From a virus: a stretch of 64,000 nt of DNA. Shown here in pieces: positions 1 through 7,639 of this stretch. The stretch covers positions 6,824 through 70,823 of the IMG/VR virus record IMGVR_UViG_3300033388_003971. The stretch is one strand, 5' to 3'. The translations under genes and the position numbers were made by a program. The notes under the pieces were generated by a model. That model saw only the letters and a program-made list of their open reading frames with translations, was not told the origin of the DNA and searched no databases. Within the stretch, counting starts at the first letter, position 1; each line of letters starts with the position of its first letter.

Positions 1-336
1 CGGAAGCTCATCGCATTCACCTAGTTCTTTTTTGCACTTTGTATATTCTTTTTTCCACTCTTCTGCTTGTGTTTCTTTTATCTTAAAGTTGTCATTGCAG
101 ATATCGCTTTTCTTATCTAGCATATCAGCCCTACCTTTTTCCTTGTCGACAATCTTACTTAATACATCAGCCTCTTCTATAGATGATACCAAGGAACTAT
201 TACAAGACTTAAAGTCTACGATCAGATTCATAGAGTGAGGAACACTAAGGCCAACCTTATCATCCATGGCATACAAGTTACTACTTAATGCAGATAGGAT
301 AACCCATGTCAGCAAACATGCCGCAGATGTCTTCAT
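1..336 (-). CDS. Secreted coiled-coil protein, probable second spanin-like subunit (runs off window edge; absent from ORF track)
   Basis: Manual translation from ATG 336 is open to base 1: MKTSAACLLTWVILSALSSNLYA-MDDKVG...EEWKKEYTKCKKELGECDELP. It has a signal-peptide-like N-terminus and a coiled coil, and overlaps the i-spanin-like gene by 56 nt. Confidence 0.65.
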   Translation of the reverse strand, partial: MKTSAACLLTWVILSALSSNLYAMDDKVGLSVPHSMNLIVDFKSCNSSLVSSIEEADVLSKIVDKEKGRADMLDKKSDICNDNFKIKETQAEEWKKEYTKCKKELGECDELP

Positions 337-694
337 TGCTATTGATCTCACCTAGTCCCTCCATTATCTCTGTTTTTGTTTCAGGCTTTTTACGTGCAGC
401 ATCCAGCTCTTCATATAGACCTGCTAGCTCTAAATCTTTTTCCTTTAGCGCTTTAATTATTATTCTTATTTCATCTATATTTTTATCAACTATATTGTCG
501 TCTGCCTCTATTCTTAGCTCACTACTAATCAAGTCAATACTCACTTGTAAGCGATTAGCCTTAGACTTATAATGATTAGCAGACAAACCAGCAAAAATCA
601 AAAGACACACTACTATGATTCCAGCAACATCTCTCTTGGTTAGGTTCAAGTCATCTATGAACCCTGTTATATTTTTTATTATTCCTATAAACAT
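281..694 (-). CDS. i-spanin-like membrane protein
   Basis: One N-proximal TM segment (VAGIIVVCLLIFAGL) followed by a coiled coil and C-terminal Cys residues; lies downstream of endolysin and holin. Confidence 0.6.
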   Translation of the reverse strand: MFIGIIKNITGFIDDLNLTKRDVAGIIVVCLLIFAGLSANHYKSKANRLQVSIDLISSELRIEADDNIVDKNIDEIRIIIKALKEKDLELAGLYEELDAARKKPETKTEIMEGLGEINSNEDICGMFADMGYPICIK

Positions 695-731
695 AGTCTT
701 ATTCTACCATAAGTTATTACTATTGGAAGCC

Positions 732-962
732 CTACTGTCCCTTATATATCCTGTATACCTCTACAATTGGAGCAATCATATCTGGTAACTTCTTAGAGAA
801 GTTATATAACAGCAAAAATCCCAGGACATAAAGATGGTGTATCTTGATATCAGAATCATTCCACCATATATGTAGCGCAGGGATTAATGTCAACCATAGG
901 CTTACTCTACCTATCGACATCTGCTTGTCTCTTTCGCAAAAGAGCTTATTTACTTTCCACAT
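732..962 (-). CDS. Putative holin
   Basis: 76 aa with two hydrophobic segments and a basic N-terminus (SIGRV); starts 1 nt after the endolysin stop. Confidence 0.6.
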   Translation of the reverse strand: MWKVNKLFCERDKQMSIGRVSLWLTLIPALHIWWNDSDIKIHHLYVLGFLLLYNFSKKLPDMIAPIVEVYRIYKGQ

Positions 963-963
963 G

Positions 964-1356
964 TTATCCTCTCAATTCATAGTGTGGTAAATCCATAAAG
1001 GTTTGGTCATGTAAGTCTGTATCTGAATCCCAGTCTCCACCAAATCTGATATCTAGTTCCATTCCAGCAGCTATACCTTTAACAACACCGGCAAAAAAAT
1101 AGAACCTGTCAGTATCGTTCCAGTTAATTGGGTATGGTGCTACGTCTACAGCCATGCTAGGGCTGCTATTATGCTTGCTTTGTGGGTACTGAACTTTTGA
1201 TCTGCCAGTTCTGTAGTACTCAGTTTGCTCTTCTTCTGTTCTTTCTCCACACATTACAGTGCAATCAAAGTGTTTAACCACCTCTTTAAAAAGTCTCTGC
1301 AAGTCTGGATGACAAGTAGCTAGTATACTTTGTGACTTTCTTGAAAAACTAGGCAT
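964..1356 (-). CDS. Endolysin, M15 family Zn peptidase (L-Ala-D-Glu peptidase type)
   Basis: Motifs CHPDL, GxRT..EQ, SKH..., AVDV, GGDW and DLPHYEL, as in T5-like M15 endolysins. Confidence 0.9.
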   Translation of the reverse strand: MPSFSRKSQSILATCHPDLQRLFKEVVKHFDCTVMCGERTEEEQTEYYRTGRSKVQYPQSKHNSSPSMAVDVAPYPINWNDTDRFYFFAGVVKGIAAGMELDIRFGGDWDSDTDLHDQTFMDLPHYELRG

Positions 1357-1537
1357 TGCTCTTACCTCTTATTGCTATTAAGTTATGTTCTAGTGCGTGT
1401 ATCTTAGCTCTGTGTGCATCTAGATCTTTTTGATGTTCAGACATGTACATATATACTAATGCACATGGTGGCTCTAATTCTTTGTGATCACTATTCTCAA
1501 TGGACTCTCTAGTATAGCACGTATTGCTACACGCCAT
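1349..1537 (-). CDS. Small hypothetical protein
   Basis: 62 aa ORF overlapping both the REC gene stop and the endolysin start; short C-terminal coiled coil. Confidence 0.5.
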   Translation of the reverse strand: MACSNTCYTRESIENSDHKELEPPCALVYMYMSEHQKDLDAHRAKIHALEHNLIAIRGKSNA

Positions 1538-1883
1538 TGTAGACTTGACCTATCACGGTTAAGAACTGAGCAACTTGTAATGGCTTCTCTAGTATCATAG
1601 TTACATTATGCCTCATGCTACTAAGTCCTCTCCTATCACTAGATACTATTATGATCTTAGTCTCTGGAGAGTTTCTTTTTATACTATCTACAACAGATTC
1701 ACCGCTAATAAATGGGAGCTTATTGTCTAGTACTATAGCATCTGGAGCTTCTTTTAAGATTCTCCTTATGACATTCTCAGGACTAACCTCTTCAATAGTT
1801 GCATCAGCATGCTGCTCTCGTATTAGATCGCTCTCATAATTAGAATAGAACTCACTAGATTCTGTTACCCAAATCGCACACAT
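1527..1883 (-). CDS. Stand-alone response-regulator receiver (CheY-like REC) domain protein
   Basis: PDAIVLD53-xxLP-xxSG, IIIVS81S and K100P motifs with correct spacing; 118 aa with no output domain. Confidence 0.85.
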   Translation of the reverse strand: MCAIWVTESSEFYSNYESDLIREQHADATIEEVSPENVIRRILKEAPDAIVLDNKLPFISGESVVDSIKRNSPETKIIIVSSDRRGLSSMRHNVTMILEKPLQVAQFLTVIGQVYNGV

Positions 1884-1886
1884 TCA

Positions 1887-2318
1887 TTACACCTTTATCC
1901 CGAATAGAGCGCCTAGGAATTTTAGTATTGCCATGCCTGGTCCTGAGCCTGACAGTATAAGTATTAAGATTGTAAAAAGTGCCCCAGCCGCTACGTACTC
2001 TGCAGCTCTTATTGGATTGTTTTTCCAGAACTTAAAGAAGCCATCATTTGCTCTATAACTCTCACACTCAATTTTATGTGTAGCAAAAGCGTCAGGAACA
2101 TCTTTAAACTCTTTCAGTTGTATTGCAAACGTAGAGAATTCTGTACACATGCCTTTCATTTGCAGTAGCACTTCTCTGTACTCCTTCTCATGATCGTCAT
2201 ACTTTCCATAAAGATCATTCATTTCTTGGCTAAGCTTTTTTAATTCTTCTTCGTGCTTCTTAACATATATGCCAAGCTCAGCAACTTTCTTTATTGTATC
2301 AGGCATCATGTCTCCCAT
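1887..2318 (-). CDS. Coiled-coil protein with C-terminal membrane anchor (holin/antiholin-like)
   Basis: N-terminal heptad pattern and C-terminal hydrophobic segments (YVAAGALFTILILILSG; ILKFLGALFGI); first gene of the lysis cassette. Confidence 0.5.
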   Translation of the reverse strand: MGDMMPDTIKKVAELGIYVKKHEEELKKLSQEMNDLYGKYDDHEKEYREVLLQMKGMCTEFSTFAIQLKEFKDVPDAFATHKIECESYRANDGFFKFWKNNPIRAAEYVAAGALFTILILILSGSGPGMAILKFLGALFGIKV

Positions 2319-2334
2319 ATTCTTTAATTACTAC

Positions 2335-2616
2335 TTAAGATATTGTTCCAGCAAAATCACCTTGAGCAATCAGCTGAGCATATACAGCATCTTCCATCCC
2401 TGCTACTACTGCAAGAAAAGCATCCCCGCTTATATGTCCTCTACCTCTTTTAAGTTGCACAAAGTTCTCTCCATCCATGTATCCTTTAGAGTATTTAACA
2501 CGAATAGATTGACCATCTACATCTATGTCTATGCCTGATATCTGAACAGTGGTGATATCCTGAGATGAAGTTGTTTGTACTTGTGTAGTTTCTGTTTGAT
2601 CTAATGTTACTGGCAT
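2335..2616 (-). CDS. Hypothetical protein
   Basis: 93 aa ORF with an AGGAGAGG SD; sits between the tailspikes and the lysis genes. Confidence 0.6.
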   Translation of the reverse strand: MPVTLDQTETTQVQTTSSQDITTVQISGIDIDVDGQSIRVKYSKGYMDGENFVQLKRGRGHISGDAFLAVVAGMEDAVYAQLIAQGDFAGTIS

Positions 2617-2637
2617 ACCCTCTCCTTACTTCTTATG

Positions 2638-4065
2638 TTATAAGTTTCCTAGTGTTTGAGCTTTAGCTGGTGTATCAACTATATCAGTTGCGAAGTTAGT
2701 GATATTATTATGAGACACGTCATAGTTCTCACTACCTGCAGCGGGACCTCCTATCAAAATGCCTGTGCTGGTTGCTACAACTGAATCGTTACGGAAAATA
2801 TTTCCGTTTACCTGAGAGTTCCTAATGTCCCATAAGTCTAATCCTGGTTTTCCAACCCCTACGTTAAAGACCTTATTATTTTTAATTGTTGTAGCATCCA
2901 GATCAGATATCACTCCAATCCCTATGTCACATCCCTCTATAGTGTTGTCCGAAATGTCCGAGTTTAACATAGTATGAAAACCAATTCCATAAAAAACAAA
3001 GTCTTTAATCGTATTATTTTTAATTGAAAGCCTATTATGTATATGGCCAGTGAAGTCTTCTATTCCTGACATGGTGGCTCTATTAGATCCTTTAATTATA
3101 TTTCCTTCTATAGCACAGTCAGTTAGTACTCCGCCAATTTCAATTCCGTGATAAGCATTTACTGTGTCTTCGATATGATTATCTAAAATGCGCACATTAT
3201 CATGTGAAGAATTTAACCCTATTCCATCAACCATAAGTAGCCGGTTGCCAATAATGTCAACATTGCTTACTCCTGAGCTAAGCTGTATGCCACAATACCA
3301 ACGATCTCCTGCTCCTAGAGTTAAAGTATTTTCAGATATTATGAAATTTGCTTCGTGGTTACCACCATCTGATTCTATGTTAATTCCATAAGCATTTTCA
3401 AAATAATTAGCATGGATCAATCCATGGCCCCCATCCACTCCGTAAACTACAAAATCTCCTTCCATGTCAGTGACTTTGCAATCTGTCATTGTGAAGCCGT
3501 CAGCATACACAAAAACCCTGTCTGTAGATGCAGCTGTTCCATAAAACCTACACCTATACATGGCAAAATCTTTTAGTGCATCACCGCCACTATCTATAAA
3601 ATGGTGGGTTGTAACGTTCCTAGTGAAATCAACTATATCAAAAACAACATCTGATATACCAATAGCATTCCACTGATGTTCAGTGTCCTCGAATGTTAAG
3701 TTAGTAAAACGAAGGCTTGATCCAAAATACAAAGGAGTAGGTGACGCTGTTGGCCGCTTAAACACTACATCTCCAGGAACTACTCCTAGACCTGTAATAG
3801 ATGTGTTTGATATCTGATTGGTGCTGCTGCCTATTTCGCCTCCAACGTTTCCTAATGTAGAGCAATCATATGTTCCTGCAAGCACGCCTATGCTTGTTTC
3901 ACCTGCTTCTATAGCATCAACTATAGCTGTAGCTCCAGTGTAGTCGCCTTCGCTTATCCCGCATACCGCATCGAATATAGATGGGCCGCCAGGAGCTGCT
4001 GCTGGTGGAGCTCCTCCTGATTCTACCTCTTCTCCAGGTACTGTGACTTCTGTAATTTCTGGCAT
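2638..4065 (-). CDS. Right-handed beta-helix tailspike / depolymerase-like receptor-binding protein 2
   Basis: Many I-x-x-N-x-I / GI parallel beta-helix repeats; AI..G...I.V..GTY entry motif; N-terminal 26 aa identical to 4078-5733. Confidence 0.8.
   Translation of the reverse strand: MPEITEVTVPGEEVESGGAPPAAAPGGPSIFDAVCGISEGDYTGATAIVDAIEAGETSIGVLAGTYDCSTLGNVGGEIGSSTNQISNTSITGLGVVPGDVVFKRPTASPTPLYFGSSLRFTNLTFEDTEHQWNAIGISDVVFDIVDFTRNVTTHHFIDSGGDALKDFAMYRCRFYGTAASTDRVFVYADGFTMTDCKVTDMEGDFVVYGVDGGHGLIHANYFENAYGINIESDGGNHEANFIISENTLTLGAGDRWYCGIQLSSGVSNVDIIGNRLLMVDGIGLNSSHDNVRILDNHIEDTVNAYHGIEIGGVLTDCAIEGNIIKGSNRATMSGIEDFTGHIHNRLSIKNNTIKDFVFYGIGFHTMLNSDISDNTIEGCDIGIGVISDLDATTIKNNKVFNVGVGKPGLDLWDIRNSQVNGNIFRNDSVVATSTGILIGGPAAGSENYDVSHNNITNFATDIVDTPAKAQTLGNL
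3989..4064. repeat. 76-bp perfect direct repeat, copy 1 (5' end of tailspike 2)
   Basis: ccaggagctgctgctggtgg...tgtaatttctggca is identical base-for-base to 5657-5732. Confidence 0.97.
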
Positions 4066-4077
4066 TATTCTTTCCTA

Positions 4078-5733
4078 TTAATAAATTAAGTTATTAACTT
4101 TTTGTGCAGTTACTGAGTCCTCAACCAGCTCACTTCCTCCAGGCGCTCCATCTATCCTGTTGAAAGAGAAGTCCATGTTTGTAGCTGAAGAATTTGTATG
4201 ATAGATTCCATATCCAGTTGTTGCTCTAACACCTTTTATACTATTCATATTGATTGAGCTTTTAATGCTCTTATTATATATCCCATAAAGAAACGGTCCC
4301 TCTATGCTATTTCCAGTAATAATATTACTTGAGCTAGATGTTGAGGCAGATGATATTCCAGCATCTGAGTCTACACCATCAGTTGTGGTTACAGTGTTAT
4401 TGGATATAACGCAATCTTGCATCTGATAATTATCAAGTATCCCAGTCTTACATTCATCTATCGTGTTTCCTGTTATTGTGCAATTATTAGCAAACTTAAA
4501 AAAACCTATCCCCCTATAGCAATTCTCAATGATATTGTTGGAAATAACACAACTATCTAAAGTTTGACAAGAAAAATCTATTGCTGAATAAGAGGCCTCT
4601 GGTGCTAGACTCCTTATTATGTTGCCAGAAAAACTACTGTTTATTACAGGCCTAGTCGAACCTTCGACTGTTATCCCTGACCCAACATTTGTTGTAGCAA
4701 CCATAGTATTACCATTAAACTTTAAGTCCTTGCCACCTTGTATTTCACATCCCCAAACATTAATGAACCTATTATTAACAAAGTCGCCAGAGACTTCAAA
4801 TAGGTTAAACCCATAATTTACAAGATCTTCCTCAGCAATAAGCTGAAATGTTACTTCGTTATCTACAACGGTGTCATCTACTGTAGTTGGCCATGGTGGC
4901 TCAGATTCTCCTGACTTCTTTGTGCCAGTTACAGCTATAACTTTATAGTAGTACGAGTTAGATACTGTCGGAACTACCTTGTCTCCTAGCTGATATGTCG
5001 TACTTGCTGCCCATGTTTTTAAGTCTATGTTAGACTGCATAGTATTGTTATGCACATTAAAGTATGCGTCGTATGGGTCTACCCAATATGAGAACTCTAT
5101 ACTATGACAATTAACAGCTCTATTGTTAGTGAAGTTAAATGTGGCGTTAGCTGACGCATAAAAACTTGACTGAGAACTAATGTTCTCAAATAAGCAGTTA
5201 TCTATTGTTACTATTCCACATCCAGCTATACTGAATCCTGCACCTCTCTTAATATGAGAATTTCTTATAATAATGTTATAAACATCCTGATTATTACTTC
5301 TCATTGTGTATCTAGCAGAGGTCTTGTTGTCAATAACGATATTATTTACATAGTAGTTTTCTGTATACTCGGTGAACTCTGTAATGATATCTTTAAACGT
5401 AAGGTTCTCTATTCTAGTATTAGAGTGAAACCTTCTATATGTCGTTAAATCTTGTCCGTCAAGAACAACACTGTCACGAGTCCCTAGTCCATAAAGAACC
5501 AGATTCTCTGGATAATTTGTTGTACCGGTTACATCATATGTCCCTGGTGTTATTCCTAGCCTAGTATGTCCTGCCGTTAAAGCATCTGTAATAGCAGTCG
5601 TACCTGTATAATCACCTTCTGTCTCTCCGCATATAGCATCAAATGAAGCTGGTGCTCCAGGAGCTGCTGCTGGTGGAGCTCCTCCTGATTCTACCTCTTC
5701 TCCAGGTACTGTGACTTCTGTAATTTCTGGCAC
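4078..5733 (-). CDS. Right-handed beta-helix tailspike / depolymerase-like receptor-binding protein 1, with CBM5/12-like insertion (GTG start)
   Basis: Beta-helix repeats (ISNNII, ITGNTI, ISNNTV); inserted WAASTTYQLGDKVVP...SGESEPPWP...VVDNEVTF module. Confidence 0.8.
   Translation of the reverse strand: MPEITEVTVPGEEVESGGAPPAAAPGAPASFDAICGETEGDYTGTTAITDALTAGHTRLGITPGTYDVTGTTNYPENLVLYGLGTRDSVVLDGQDLTTYRRFHSNTRIENLTFKDIITEFTEYTENYYVNNIVIDNKTSARYTMRSNNQDVYNIIIRNSHIKRGAGFSIAGCGIVTIDNCLFENISSQSSFYASANATFNFTNNRAVNCHSIEFSYWVDPYDAYFNVHNNTMQSNIDLKTWAASTTYQLGDKVVPTVSNSYYYKVIAVTGTKKSGESEPPWPTTVDDTVVDNEVTFQLIAEEDLVNYGFNLFEVSGDFVNNRFINVWGCEIQGGKDLKFNGNTMVATTNVGSGITVEGSTRPVINSSFSGNIIRSLAPEASYSAIDFSCQTLDSCVISNNIIENCYRGIGFFKFANNCTITGNTIDECKTGILDNYQMQDCVISNNTVTTTDGVDSDAGISSASTSSSSNIITGNSIEGPFLYGIYNKSIKSSINMNSIKGVRATTGYGIYHTNSSATNMDFSFNRIDGAPGGSELVEDSVTAQKVNNLIY
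5657..5732. repeat. 76-bp perfect direct repeat, copy 2 (5' end of tailspike 1)
   Basis: Identical to 3989-4064. Confidence 0.97.
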
Positions 5734-5743
5734 TGGTTACTCC

Positions 5744-6082
5744 TTATGATACGAATACGTCTACATTAACTGCAGCGTCAAGTCCTAAGTCTTCTATTTT
5801 TAAAGTACTTACAGCAAATTCCATTGGGCTGAAAGAAAAAGTATCCGCGCCTCCAAGAACTACTGGGTTCATTGATCCGCTTGGATCTGAAGTGTAATTA
5901 AAATACAGCTCAATTATGTTTTCTGTATTGTTTTTTATGTATCCTGTATGAGCCGCTCTTCCTAGATCTCTCTTAAAATCGAACTCTAAAAAATTGTCAA
6001 CACCACTAGTTGCGTTATTATAAAACTGATACCTTGATGGTCTTTGGATACCTCTATCTAATTTTGCTATTATGTCTGACAT
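5744..6082 (-). CDS. Hypothetical beta-rich virion protein (possible tailspike adaptor)
   Basis: 112 aa with strong SD AGGAGG; immediately precedes the two tailspikes. Function inferred from position only. Confidence 0.55.
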   Translation of the reverse strand: MSDIIAKLDRGIQRPSRYQFYNNATSGVDNFLEFDFKRDLGRAAHTGYIKNNTENIIELYFNYTSDPSGSMNPVVLGGADTFSFSPMEFAVSTLKIEDLGLDAAVNVDVFVS

Positions 6083-6096
6083 TACTTCCTCCTGTT

Positions 6097-6109
6097 ACTA
6101 TAATATAAA
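6097..6109 (-). promoter_or_regulatory. Candidate promoter motif TTTATATTATAGT
   Basis: The same 11-mer TTTATATTATA lies in the intergenic gap before the protease gene (59326-59336). Confidence 0.4.
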
Positions 6110-6129
6110 AAAATCCGCACCACAAGAAG

Positions 6130-6744
6130 CTACTTTATGTTTAGTAGACCTTCTAATGAGCCTATTACCTTGTCGTCTCCGATACAAGCTTGCTCTTTTG
6201 ATAGTGAGTCTAAGTCTATGCCCATACAATCCAGACTATCAACTGCACCTGCAACTCCTTGGGCTTCTCTGGAAAGCCTAATCTCAAAATGCTTACGCTC
6301 GCCATCTTCAAACTGCTCCCTAGTATACTTTGGCAGCTTCTTGAATACCTCATAGTGTGCAGACAGCTCATGCAAAGCATCGTTAATAAGCTTTTTAGTG
6401 TATGTCTTATTCTCATTCTTCTCTTCTATCTCAATTGCAAACCTGCGCTTGTCCCATTCAGATGTAGACTCTTGATCTATCTTCCACTCTAGCTCCTCTA
6501 TATCAACCTCTTCTTTCTTCATGCTAAAGTATGCTTCTTTGAGTGCTCTAATCCTAGATGATACTGCAAGTCCTATTGCTCTGTATGCTCGCTCTGGAGT
6601 ATACTGAGAGTTTATTACGAAGTTCTCTATCTGAAATTTAGAGTTTCCAAATAGAATATCAGCAAATGCATCTTCACATTCACTAACAACTCTTGCAATA
6701 TCTTCTTCTTTTAATGCTATCATTCTACACCGTTCCTGCAGCAC
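6130..6744 (-). CDS. Helical/coiled-coil hypothetical protein, possibly a chaperone of the propeller or fibre (true start likely ATG 6723)
   Basis: FQIENFV...TPERAYR motif followed by a coiled coil; ATG 6723 lies just after the propeller gene stop. Confidence 0.6.
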   Translation of the reverse strand: MLQERCRMIALKEEDIARVVSECEDAFADILFGNSKFQIENFVINSQYTPERAYRAIGLAVSSRIRALKEAYFSMKKEEVDIEELEWKIDQESTSEWDKRRFAIEIEEKNENKTYTKKLINDALHELSAHYEVFKKLPKYTREQFEDGERKHFEIRLSREAQGVAGAVDSLDCMGIDLDSLSKEQACIGDDKVIGSLEGLLNIK

Positions 6745-7639
6745 AACTCATTCCTGCTCCGTATGATCTTCCATCAGATAGAGTGGCACTTAATGTTGAT
6801 ATCGTACTTGAACTAAAAACAAAGTCTTCTATTTTAGTAGTATGGTCTCCAGTAAATCCACCTCCAAAATATCCGTCTGTGTCTGAACTGATTCCAGCCG
6901 GGCCTTGTGTTGCAATAGATAAAGTTGCACTTGGATCATCCAGTGTCTCTGAGGAGAATTGGATTCCGTCTATTTCATTTGATCTGGATGTAGAGTATCC
7001 GCCTCCTACGTAACCATGTGTGGATGAATTTATTCCTCCACCTTGTCGTCTAGAAACACTTAATATTGCGCCAAGATCTGTTATTGTGTCTGTAGAAAAC
7101 TCAAGCCTATCTATTTTATTTGTTGCTCCTCCAGGATCTCCACCTGCAAAATAACCTCTTGTAGACGAACTAAATCCAATTGGGCCATATTTAGCAGTGG
7201 TTAAAGTCTCAGATATCTCTTCGGCTGTTTCCGTAGAAAACTCAAGACTGTCTATTTCGTCATGTGTTCCAGTAGAAAACCCAGCTGCAAAATATCCGTT
7301 TGTACTAGAGTTTGTTCCTGCTGTGTAATATCTGGCAACAGCCAATGCAGCGCTTGGATTTATTGCAGACTCTGTTGCGAATGCCATTCCGTCTATCTCA
7401 GTGGTATAGGTTGTAGAATAATATCCGCCTCCAGCATAGCCTTTTTCAGCCGATTGCAATCCGGCCATATGATATCTCCCTTGAGCCAGAGTTGCAGATG
7501 GGTTTATTTCTGCCTCTGTATCGAATTGGATTCCGTCTATAAGATCAGTCTCACCACCCAAGTCCAGATACCCGCCTGCAAAATAACCTCTAGGTCCAAA
7601 GCCAAGTAAAGCATATATACCAATAGGAAAAGTAAACAT
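6725..7639 (-). CDS. Six-repeat Kelch-like beta-propeller protein (putative fibre-tip adhesin)
   Basis: Six ~44-aa repeats GY(F/A/V)xxG...(I)D...F.(T/S)E....SATL...R; translationally coupled to the 1091-aa fibre. Confidence 0.75.
   Translation of the reverse strand: MFTFPIGIYALLGFGPRGYFAGGYLDLGGETDLIDGIQFDTEAEINPSATLAQGRYHMAGLQSAEKGYAGGGYYSTTYTTEIDGMAFATESAINPSAALAVARYYTAGTNSSTNGYFAAGFSTGTHDEIDSLEFSTETAEEISETLTTAKYGPIGFSSSTRGYFAGGDPGGATNKIDRLEFSTDTITDLGAILSVSRRQGGGINSSTHGYVGGGYSTSRSNEIDGIQFSSETLDDPSATLSIATQGPAGISSDTDGYFGGGFTGDHTTKIEDFVFSSSTISTLSATLSDGRSYGAGMSCAAGTV

Noticed and set aside
3989-5732. DGR template/variable repeat or invertible shufflon as an explanation for the 76-bp repeat
   Set aside because: The copies are direct, identical (no adenine-specific mismatches) and at gene 5' ends; no reverse transcriptase or invertase is in the window.
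6105-6135. Possible terminator before the T-run upstream of 6082
   Set aside because: A T-tract is present but no convincing stem could be paired.
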